Translations under genes and position numbers: made by a program
Assembly: GCA_030704615.1 (NCBI GenBank)
Contig: CM060733.1
Coordinates: forward strand, 41,230,001-41,294,000
Direction: 5' to 3'
Source: Takakia lepidozioides
Taxonomy: Eukaryota; Plantae; Bryophyta
DNA: 64,000 nucleotides
The notes under the pieces: model-generated
What the model was told of the DNA's origin: nothing
The model's database searches: none
What the model saw: only the letters and a program-made list of their open reading frames with translations
Shown: piece after piece, positions 25,140 to 35,687 of the stretch
Position numbering within the stretch: the stretch's first letter is position 1
How the letters are laid out: the number at the start of each line of letters is the position of its first letter

Positions 25140-25560
25140 TTAAATCAAAATTCAAACGATTTAAAATCAAAACCAATTGAAAATAAGATGAAAAAGATAT
25201 CATGTAATCAACATTCATAATTCATCTACTTGTTGTACCAAAACGAGCCAGAATCATTACACCAGTCAAATTAATATCAAATGAAACAAGCCTCAAATTG
25301 CAGTGGACTCTCTTGCTTTGGCAAAACATAAGAGGAAGGGAAAACTAGGGAGCATGACTGAGCACATTACACCAATCACAACACACCAAAGGGGAGGAAG
25401 CCCTTGAGTGGGATTATTGAAGGGGATAAAATGTAATATATCTTTTAATAAAACTTGAACATTCACAATCCAAAATTGCATCATGTATCACAACACAATG
25501 CAGTCCATCTTTTCATAAGACTTGAATAGACCCCATCAACAAATTAACAATTCGTCCCTT

Positions 25561-25650
25561 GCCGTGGGGATGACCCACCCCTTTTTGTACCAATTGAAGG
25601 TAGTTCTCAAAATTTGTCGCTAGTAGTGCGGAGCAACGCGAAGCCCTAGT
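25561..25650 (+). mobile_element. Putative Helitron 3' terminus (copy 1)
   Basis: About 90 bp closely matching 46786-46877; ends GCGGAGCAACGCGAAGCC-CTAG|T, and homology stops exactly at CTAGT. Confidence 0.5.
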
Positions 25651-25699
25651 AAATACTTATGAATCCAAGTGGGTTGCAAGCTGTGGTGGGTAGCGTGAT

Positions 25700-25890
25700 T
25701 GTCGTGCGCATACATATCGCTACACAACTACATCGCTATCCAAAACCACACAACACATGTGCACACCACACACTAGTATACCACTAGTCCACCACTAGTC
25801 TAGCCATTAGTCCAACCACTAGGCTACAACTAGTCAGTCACTAGGCTGCCACTATGCGGGCAGTCACTAGTCCACACAATCGCCCCCCTA
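25700..25890 (+). repeat. Left terminal repeat A (inverted copy at 31682-31849)
   Basis: Starts TGTCGTGCGCATAC. Differs from revcomp(A') by 3 substitutions and a 23-bp extra block of CCACTAGT-type motifs. Confidence 0.95.
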
Positions 25891-28800
25891 TCACTAGGGG
25901 CACTAGAGCCACGAGGGCAGTGGCTACACCTGCCGCTGCACCGGCAGCTTCAGCGAGTAGCAGTGGGACTGGTGGGACTGGTGGTACAGTAGCTACGACG
26001 TCCACCCAAGCCACTACCGCACCAGCACTAGTACCCGTGTCTGCCTTCAACCCTGTTGTGGAGTTCTTCGAAGAGTTGAGAGGGAACTACCAAGGGGTGA
26101 GGACAGAGAAGTTGCGGAGCTTGCAAGAGTTCCAACGGAAGCCGACCGAGAGCTTGAGGGAGGCTTTCACTCGCATGAAGCGCTTGATAAATGTAACCCA
26201 AGGGGTTACGGAAGCTCAGGCAGTCCAATTCTGGTATGGGATATTGGACAAGAAGCTGAGGAGAAGGGTGCGGGATGCAACTCTCCTACAAGCGGCCCAA
26301 CCCACCTTAGCAAATGTGTTTTTGCTGGCAGAGCGGATAGAGCTCAACATGGTGGAGGAACGAGTGGTCATGGTGGGATTTGCTAAGGAGACACCACGGG
26401 GTAGTGGTGCTTCTAGCCAACCACTACCTCAACGTGCTCAAGGCAACAAAGGGGCTCAGGTGAAGCTCAGGGAAGGGCAGAGAGGACCTCAGATGCAGGG
26501 GTCTCTCCTTTCATTTGCTGGCCAACAACGGGCGGATGTGGTGTGCTGGACATGTGGAGGACCCCATGTCAAGAAGGATTGCCCAGAGGGAGGCAAAGGG
26601 CCGGCACATGCATAGTCTACACAGTTGCAGTGTGGGCATTGTGGCAAGCACGGGCATGGAGAGACCCAGTGTTATGGTTTGCATCCTGAGTTGCGCCCAT
26701 GCCAGTTCCAAGGGAACAATGGTGGCCGGGGGCGAGGTGGAGCAGCCCAGAGAGGACGAGGTGGCCAGCCACGAGGTGCAGGCCAAGGGCAAGCTCAACA
26801 TGGCCAAGGACGCGGAGGTCAGGGGGTTGACCAAGGCATGGCCAACCGGCTTCAGCAGCTAGAGCAGAGGCTCGCTGCCATGGCTACAACTCAGGTGGTA
26901 CCGGCTCTAAGGCCGGATGGTCCACCTCCTGCTCTTGAGGGAGGAGATATGGGAGGCATGGGATTCATGTGTGAAGCAGCACTACCACTAGTGCAGGTGG
27001 AGTCTGCTGCAGCCGTGACTCGAGGAGCAGCACGAGTTCCTGAGCCACGAGGTGCAGAGGTGGAGTTGGAATCACAGCGTGGGGAGGCAAGTCGTCAGGC
27101 TAGGCTTCCTTAGTCATTCACATTGGCGGAGACAGTGTCGACGCCATCCATGGCACCTAGTTCTCGCCCGACTGTTACCGAGGCCGAGGTTACTATGTCA
27201 TTGGGGAGAGCTACACTGATAGCACCACTACCTAGTGTTGCCAAGGCTACGGCAGCTAGTGTGCTGCTAGGAGCGGCCACATCTGTGTGCCAAGCTCCAT
27301 TGTTCTCGGCTACCATAATTGCGACGCCGGGGGTAAGACCAGCTGAGGTGTTCAGGCTGGCAGCTACACTCTGTGAGAGTGGGGAGGTTACTTCATCTTC
27401 TGCGGAGATAGTGGGAGGTGTAGTGCCGGAGGGATCCTCGGATTTGAGGGTCAAGACTGCCACGGCGGCGCCCTGGCAAGCTGCAGCTGCCAAGTTGATG
27501 GAGCTGCCAGCTAGGCCAGCCATTGAGCGCGCCATGGTGACACCTAGAGTTGTCATGTTAGACAACCAGGATGACATTTTCTGTTTGAGTGGACCGGCAG
27601 GCAAGAGGTACCGGCCACTACGGGTCTTGTTGGACTCGGGAGCTCAGCCATTGATGCTAGGCAGAGCTGCTATTGCAGGCTTGGGCCTCACGGAGGCGGA
27701 TATTGAGCCTTGTCCTTTCCAGATACAGACGTCTCTAGGAGGATCGGAGCAGGCTCGGGGCATAACACGGCGTGAGTTGGCTATCATACTATGGCCGGAT
27801 CACCCTACAGATGGCTCAGTGATGCGAGCCAAGGCCATTGTGACAGACGTGGTCTCATACGATGTCCTGGTTGGTGGGGCAGTGTTGTACCCCATGGGCT
27901 TCACCCTGGATTTTTGGGAGGAGACAGCTTCCTATAGGCCTGCATGGCAGTCAGGGGAGGGCCGGCGTGTGCAACTCCCTATGACGTTCATAGGAGGAGT
28001 TGCGGTTGCCCAGCGAGGCAAGATGCCGACACTAGCAGCATTCACAGCGGCAGTGAGTTGGCCTAGAGAGTTGCTTGAGGGCAACGCTTATTCAGAGGAT
28101 GTGCCACCTCCGGGAGAGCAGGATGACATGTATGGTATGGCGGAGTTGCCTACCATGGTTGCTCAGACTCCATTGTGGGGCACAAGCAAGGATTTGCAGC
28201 GGGATGCTGATCGACGGGTTCAACAAGCCTGGGTGGAGGCTTTTGTACCGTCAGGAGAGGAGGAGAGTGCGGGGATTGCACCAGGACCACCTCAGTTGTC
28301 TTCATTGGACACCACACCTATTGTGTGGCAGTATCCGGATGAAGGCATTTGTCTTCTGGACTTGTTTGGCGGGATTAGCACCAGATTGGCTGCTGTATTA
28401 CAGGCAGGTGTACGAGTTCGGCGTTACCTATATGTGGAGAGGGATGAGACTGCACGACGCGTTTCACTTCGCCACTGATGGGCGATTCTCGGGCCAGGGT
28501 GATGGCCAGTGTGCATCAAGTCCGGTCGTGGCTTGGGTCAGCAGTGTTGCTAGATGCAGCTACAGTGGGGTCACGGGCTCATCGTCCACGGCTATGGTGG
28601 ACTAACTTGATGCCACCCGCACTGCTCAAGCGTGCATTTGATGGGGTGCAGCGGCCAGCACATCTCACAGTGGATAGCATTCTGGACACATGGAGGCAGT
28701 CTCAGCGTGTGAGACACGATGACCGTTCGTCTTTGGGAGTGGTCAACAAGGTAGGTCAACCACGAGCAGCATTACCTACACTGCTCAGCTTCCCATGATC

Positions 28801-31433
28801 GCATGCTTTCCGGGATAGTGGACTTGGCCTCCTGTGGGATGCTCAGTTGCAGCAGTTAGTGGAGCCTAATGCTGACGAGCGTGAGCGGGCAATGGGTTTT
28901 ACCACTGGTACCACGGCGGTGTCGTCTCTTTCTGAGGCATCACGTTGTCAAGTGTTGGGGCAAGCAATGGATCTCAATTACTTGACCTGGATTATCAGCT
29001 TGGCTATGGCTGAGCAACGCAGAGTGTGGAGTACACTTCCATCGATGGTCTCTCTGCCTACCGAGACGGTATAGGCAATGAGTGGGGGCAAGCATGTGAG
29101 GACCACGGGGTGCATGCATCCATGGCACACGTGGGAGGTGCTCAAGGTTCAAAGGGAGTTGGCAACCAAGGTGGCGATGAAAGATGAGGTTGGGGATTTT
29201 TCTCGGGTGGAGGAAGTCCTTGAGGATGAGATGATGGGGCAAGATGAGGCCTTGTCACTGACTGAGCAGGTAGGGAGTACTGCTCAAGAGGTTGCAACAT
29301 AGCAACCACTGGACGCGTCCTCTACCTCTAAGCCCACTGGACTTAAGGTTGCAGTTACGGAGGACAATTGGGAGCCTGACATTGGACCCATTGTCACCGG
29401 AGGAGAGAGACGACGTATACGGCGGTTCCTGAGGGCTTACAGGAATTGCTTTGCCTTCAGTTTGAAGGACTTGGGAGTACTGAAGGGTCAAGAGATCCGT
29501 ATTGAGTTGGCCATTGACACGCCAATCTTTTGGAAACCCTATAGATACAGTGACATGGAGAGGTCTTTGATTCAGATGAGGACTCAAGATCTCTGGGAGG
29601 CAGGTTTGGTGGAGCTCTCTGGTGGAGAGTATGCTTCAGCCACAGTGATGCCAGCCAAGAAGGATGTCTATGGTAATTGGACGGAGAGACGTATGTGCGG
29701 TGATTACCGGCCTGTAAATCGTCAGACCAAGTCCGATAAGTATGCCATGCCAACACCAGAGGAGATCTTTGATGCCATCGGGCATACTAAGGTCTTTAGC
29801 ACTTTGGATTTACGATCCGGATATCACCAGTTGCCAATCAAGGAGGCGGACAAGCAGAAGACGACATTCTGGGGGATCAATGAGCACGGCAAGGATTGCC
29901 TATATCAGTAGCGGTTCTTACCATTTGGGCTTAAGAATGCTCCTGCAGAGTTTCAGAGAGTCATGGATAGTATTCTAGCAGGGGTGGACTTTGCTCGGTG
30001 CTACATAGATGACATCATCATCTTTAGTGTTACGATGGAGGAGCATGAGAGACACCTTCAGGTGGGAGAGGGATTGGATCTTGCAACGAGCCAAGAGGTT
30101 CAAGTGGGAGGGGATACACCTACTTCAAGTGTGGGAGGATGGTCGGGTGAGAATTGTGCCTCACCCCACACAGCGTGCACGGTTAGTGCGGCATGCCCAT
30201 GAGGAGTTGGGGCATTTTGGAGTGCGACGCACTCACAGTTTACTGCAAGGGCAGTATTGGTGGCGTGGTATGCATACAGAGGTGCAACAGTTCGTGGCTA
30301 GGTGCATGGTGTGTGACAGGGTACGTGCTTCATTCAACACCCCTATATCACAGTTGCATCCTTTACCAATCATGGGCTACAGGTGGAGTCTTGACTTCGC
30401 AGGACCGTTGCCACTGACTATGCGCCACCACAGATATGTGTTGGTGATGGTGGAGCACTTCTCCAAGTGGATTGAGTTGGTTCCATTGCCTGACAAGGCT
30501 AGTGAGGGGGCTGCGTATGCATTCTTGGATCGTGTGCTTAGCCGATTTGGTGCTCCAGCTGAGGTACTCACGGACCAAGGGAGAGAGTTCTTGGGGGAGT
30601 TTCAGGCTTTGTGTGATAAAGCCTTGATAGACCACCGCACCACTTCTCGGGATCATCCTGAGGCCGATGGCTTAGCAGAGAGAGTTGTTCAGACGGTGAA
30701 GAGGGGTTTGCGCAAGTATGGCTTGCAGAAGGGACACCTAGGAGATTGGGATCTTCAGGTTCCTTGGTTAGCCATGGGCTACAGGTTCAGCAAACAAGCA
30801 TCACTTGCCTCATTCTCACCATATTTCCTTATCTTTGGCCGAGAGCCGGATTTGCCTGCAGCCATTCGTAGGGACACTGCTCAAGTTCTTAACCTTGACG
30901 ATCCGGACGTGTGGGTACATGCATGTGATCAGCGTGCAGAATTGTTCAAGAAAGTCATGTCCATGGCTTTTGATAACCTTGTCATTGCACAGCACCGTGA
31001 TACGTTGAGGTATGTCACTATACGTGCTGGAGGATATCGTCATGGGGTTCGGAGGTTTAGCCCTGGTGACTATGTTTATCTGCAGCAGACTGCTCCTACG
31101 ACTCTAGATGTTACTACAGGGCGGGTTATTCTGAGGGTTCGAGAGGTGTTGCCCTCAGGGGTCCTGATCTTGGAGGGTCGGGATGGCATGACTTGGAAGG
31201 ACCATGTGCGTAATTGTGCGCCATGTCACCTTCCCAATGTCGATGGCAGAGTTGACCCAAACTTGGCAGTGGTACCTGCAGGTTTGAGGTGCATGCTCTG
31301 TGGGTCTGCCAAAGGGGCAGCCACCATGCTGGTGTATGATCGATGCTCAAGGGGTTGGCATATGGGATGCTTGACACCACCTCTTGAGAAGGTTCCTGAC
31401 GGAGATTGGTTGTGTCCACACTGCTTGGGATAG
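25854..31433 (+). pseudogene. Degenerate gag-pol: Gag with two zinc knuckles, aspartic protease, C5 DNA methyltransferase, RT, DDE integrase, C-terminal PHD finger
   Basis: CWTCGGPHVKKDC and CGHCGKHGHGETQC; VLLDSGAQP (about 27625); RT motifs RMCGDYR, LDLRSGYHQ, PFGLKNAP, YIDD (30002-30013); integrase H-H-C-C, SLDF, TDQG, AERVV; PHD 31289-31423. Several TAG/TGA stops. A deletion at about 30062 removes the end of RT and RNase H. Confidence 0.92.
28340..29010 (+). other. DNMT3-like cytosine-5 methyltransferase domain inside pol (central catalytic motifs deleted in this copy)
   Basis: Motifs I/II LLDLFGGIST...YLYVE; motif VIII LDAATVGSRAHRPRLWWTNL; motifs IX/X ERERAMGF..GTT....LSEASRCQVLGQAMD. 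PC and ENV motifs are absent at the frameshift near 28478. Confidence 0.85.
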
Positions 31434-31681
31434 TGGCAGTGGACATGACTGGAGGCAGCTAACAAGACATGGGAGGCCAAGCTCATAGGAGTCAATACAT
31501 GAGATCTCAAGCTCAAGTTCACAGGTTGCAAGATGGCGACTAACGATGGGGCAACTCTTGCACCCGGCCTCTTGATCTATCGAGTTTGAGTGTAGTAGGG
31601 ATAGTGGTGGAGGACTTAGTGAGGCTATGGTCACTATCACATCTTGTGGCTACCTGGACTTAGAGGGACCTAAGCACCAGC

Positions 31682-32172
31682 TAGGGGGGCGATTGTGTGG
31701 ACTAGTGACTGCCCGCATAGTGGCAGCCTAGTGACTGACTAGTTGTAGCCTAGTGGTTGGACTAGTGGTATACTAGTGTGTGGTGTGCACATGTGTTGTG
31801 TGGTTTTGGACAACGATGTAGTTGTGTAGCAATATGTATGCGCACGACAGCTGTCAAGTTATTTTACCACTAGTGTGAAACTAGCTAGGAAATAGCTAGC
31901 TTTTACATATTGACATTTGGGATTGGCCCAAGTGTCAATCCAGGGGTCAAGACAGATTTAGGCCCTGGAGTGGTTATCTTCACGGCAAGCGCGGGAGGCT
32001 CATCTTTCTCGAGTTGAGCCTCACCGTGCCTAGCTATGGCGTCGTAGTGTGGATTCCCCATGGCGTGGGGTGCACTTGGCTTGACTTGTATTTGAGTGAT
32101 GAGGTTATATATGCATGAGTGTATGCTTCAGCTTTGTGAGCTCGCATGAGCTTATTCTTCTTCTTTATCACT
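31682..32172 (-). repeat. Internal complementary block A'-GC-B, equal to the reverse complement of right terminus + GC + left terminus
   Basis: Junction reads GCGCACGACA-GC-TGTCAAGTTA (31840-31861). Confidence 0.93.
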
Positions 32173-32897
32173 GTCACAGCCCCTCACAGCCCCACAGGCC
32201 ATAGGGCACAGCCTGTCATAGCCCCTCATAGCTCGCCACAGCCTGTCACAGCCCGTCATAGCCCCACAGGCCACAGGGCACAGCCTGTCACAGCCTGTCA
32301 CAGCCCTTCACAGCCCGTCACAGCCCCACAGGCCACAGGGCACAGCCTGTCACAGCCCGTCACAGCTCGCCACAGCCTATCACAACCCGTCACAGCCCCA
32401 CACGCCATAGGGCACAGCCTGTCACAGCCTGTCACAGCCCCTCACAGCCCCTCGCAGCCCCACAGGCCACGGGGCTTAGCCTGTCACAGCCCGCCACAGC
32501 CTGTCACAGCCCCTCACAGCCCCTCACAGCTCGCCACAGCCTGTCACATCCCGTCACAGCCCACAGGCCACAGGGCACAGCCCCTCACAGCCCGTCACAG
32601 CTCGCCACAGCCTGTCACAGCCTGTCACAGCCCCACAGGCCATAGGCCACAGCCTGTCACAGCCCGCCACAGCCCCACAGGCCACTGGGCACAGCCTGTC
32701 ACAGCCCGTCACAGCCCCACAGGCCACAGGGCACAGCCTGTCACAGCCCCTTATAGCCTGTCACAGCCCCACAGGCCACGGGGCTCAGCCTGTCAAGCCC
32801 CTCACAGCCCGTCACAGCTCGCCACAGCCCGTCACAGCCCCACAGGCCATAGGGCACAGCCTGTCACAGCCCCTCACAGCCCGTCATAGCTCGCCAC
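32173..32897 (+). repeat. Minisatellite of roughly 10-bp CACAGCC(T/C)GT units with higher-order CCCCACAGGCCACAGGG spacers
   Basis: Dozens of CACAGCC units; the 247-aa ORF at 32146 is a repeat artefact. Confidence 0.95.
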
Positions 32898-34229
32898 TAA
32901 ACTCAATGGCAAACAACCAAGCCCTGCTGGTTCCCAGCCCTTGTGAGCACTCATTCAAGCACTCTCCTTGGCCATAACATCTATCTTAGAGCCTATTCCA
33001 GCCCCCTACACCTGCTGCTTCAAGAGTTGCGCTCCCTTCAAGCTTGAAGTTGAAACCCCAACTCACATAGGCCCTACAAGTGCTTTTCTTTCACTCCAAG
33101 TGGAAACCAGCCCTAGACCTTCCGTTCTAGCTCTCTAAAGCTTGAAAACAAGAGCCTCAATGGGCTGAAGGCATGCTCCACACATGCCCCACTCTCACCA
33201 TAAGAAAATCAGCTCATTTGCTTCATTTCTTGCACCCACAAACCTGAAAATACAAGCTTCAGCAGGCTGAAAGCATGCTCCACATGCCCTACAGGGAAAC
33301 CAGACCCTTCCTTCCTTTCTTGCACTCCCACACCTGAAAGTGCAAGCCTTCACCAGGCTGATAGCATGCTCCACACATGCATTTCCCTCACATAAGGGAA
33401 GTCAGCCCTTCCCTCTTCCTTGCTTGCCCTCCAAGCTTGAAGATGGAAGCTTCAATGAGCTGAATACATGCTCCACACATGCAACCTCTTCACACAAGAG
33501 ATATCAGCCCCCTATCTTGGCTCCTTAGCTCTTTGATGCTCTCTAAGACAAGACTAAGCGCTCCACAGCCCTTGCCAAGCTCCTGAAACCCTAAGGCTTA
33601 CATTTCCAGCCACAAGACACTCCTCTTGTGGTGCAAGAACTTTTCTTCCAAGCTCTGAAACCCTAGGTGCACATTCCATGGCCTTGCCGCACCTCTTAGC
33701 TCTTGTTCCAGCCCCGCTCTTGCCATGGCAAGAGCCCTCATACCGCTGGAGTTTCAGATTGAAACCCCCAACTCAACATAACCACAAATGCATTGGCTTG
33801 CATACAAGAGAAATCAGCCATCTCTCTTCACTCATACCTCCTTATGAGCTTGAAGTTGGAGCTCCCGATAACTGTGACTTACATCTAACACCCTCGCAGC
33901 TCCACATTGCTGCAGCTCCTTAACTTGGCCTGCAGCTGAAGAAGACGACCACCAGTTCACCCATTCGAGACCAGCATCTCCCCCGCTTCACACTAGAAGC
34001 CCAAACTTGGTTGCCATAGCGTTGAGCTATGCAACGCCGCTCTTCAACATAGGCTATCCGCCTCTCTATCCATTGCAAACCTGCAACCTGTTCGTCTTTG
34101 CACTCTATCCACTTTGGATAGGCTCATGCATGGATCCCTGCACTCTAGGCTGAACCGCTTCTCATGAAAACACAAGTGCTACAAAACAACTCGAACCTGG
34201 CACTCACAGACTCGAGCTGATCTTTCTCG

Positions 34230-34558
34230 AGTGATAAAGAAGAAGAATACAAGCACAAGCTCATGCGAGCTCACAAAGCTGAAGCATAAACTCATGCATA
34301 TATAACCTCATCACTCAAATACAAGTCAAGCCAAGTGTGCCCCACGCCATGGGGAATCCACACTACGACGCCATAGCTAGGCGCGGTGAGGCTCAACTCG
34401 AGAAAGATGAGCCTCCCGTGCTTGCCGTGAAGATAACCACTCCAAGGGCTAAATCTGCCTTGACCCTTGGATTGACACTTGGGCCAATCCCAAATGTCAA
34501 TATGTAAAAGCTAGCTATTTCCTAGCTAGTTTCACACTAGTGGTAAAATAACTTGACA
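34230..34558 (+). repeat. Right terminal repeat B' (inverted copy at 31852-32172)
   Basis: Ends AAATAACTTGACA. About 9 substitutions and one 8-bp indel versus revcomp(B), counted by eye. Confidence 0.95.
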
Positions 34559-35687
34559 TGATTGTAAAATGATAGCAATGGAGGCGACGAGGTTCCGGGT
34601 TCAATTCTTGATGGTAGGCTAGCTCTGGTAGTGTAACCCCGGTTAATGTAACCCTCCACTTGGTGTAACCCTCTGAAACCCCGATTTCTCATGTAATTTT
34701 GGTTGGTCCATTTCATCACATTTGGACTTAGTCAAATTTCGAGACCAAGTGTGGGTTACACCGACTGGAGTTACACACCTCGTCGTGTAACCCGATGTAA
34801 CCCCGAGTGGAGTTACACACGTGGAGTTGACATTCTTTCAGTTCCATGTCACTCTCAAGAGAGGGTGGGGAAGATTTAACATGCCGGAAACCGGCGTACC
34901 ATCCTGTCAGAGGTTGCACATGTGCATTAAGTTCTTACATATTCCTATTATCTTCCAAATAAGAGGCTCTTCCCAGTGTGTGGGTACAAGGGTGAGTATA
35001 TATATATATATGATGCCAGCCGAAGCTAGCGTAAATAAGAGCCACTCCCCCGTGTGTGGGTACAAGGGTGAGGAATACTTAGAGATGGAGAGGTTCCAAA
35101 GGTCCACAAGATTGATATTGATGCGGCCGGAGAGCCAGCCACCTTATTTTGATGCACAAAATGTACTCGTAAGACGTTGTTTGCTATAGAATTGTGGCCA
35201 TTGACCCGTACCCAATTTGAGCAACACAAAAAGGACAAAAACTACCTGTGTTATAAGAGGCTAATGCCGGTAGTATGACTTATCTTTGATCCACAAAGAG
35301 TGAAATTTCTGCAAGTTGACCGCCCATGTGGCAGGCCGGGAGCTTGCCATGTGTCTAACTTGTCAATTGTCAAGAAACTCACAAATTATTTATGCAACTT
35401 GGAATTTTGCTCTAAATCTAAATGTCTTTTTGCGCAGTAGTTTAGATGTTTACAAAGCATAGACTCACCCTAGGAAATTGGATTCCAAGTAAAAACGTGG
35501 GACATTTTAAGAGCGTTGATCTTAATAGAGCAAATTTGGATAGTTTACCCTCCTAAATTTACATACAAAGCAGCCCCACCCAGGTTTTGATCTTTCACTC
35601 TGAAATTGTGAGAGAAACACCTGTTATGTGCCCTGTATTGTGAATGTGGAGGCTATTCATCCAAGAAAAACTTGCAACTTGCAGAAT

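Larger units (their letters stand above)
25700..34558 (+). mobile_element. Ty3/Gypsy-type retroelement without direct LTRs: two adjacent inverted-repeat modules, TGT..ACA ends, one 4-bp TSD (TGAT)
   Basis: A 25700-25890 pairs with A' 31682-31849; GC at 31850-31851; B 31852-32172 pairs with B' 34230-34558. TGAT at 25696-25699 and 34559-34562. gag-PR-MTase-RT-IN-PHD lies between A and A'. Confidence 0.88.

Noticed and set aside
25700-31849. Stand-alone Ginger-like DNA transposon defined by A/A'
   Set aside because: It encodes Gag, protease and RT, and has no TSD of its own (TGAT vs GCTG). The TSD only closes at 34559-34562.
32146-32889. 247-aa Pro/His/Thr-rich ORF
   Set aside because: Translation of a stop-poor minisatellite.
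25700-34558. DIRS/Ngaro element
   Set aside because: The integrase is HHCC-DDE type, a protease is present, there is a 4-bp TSD, and no tyrosine recombinase motifs were seen.
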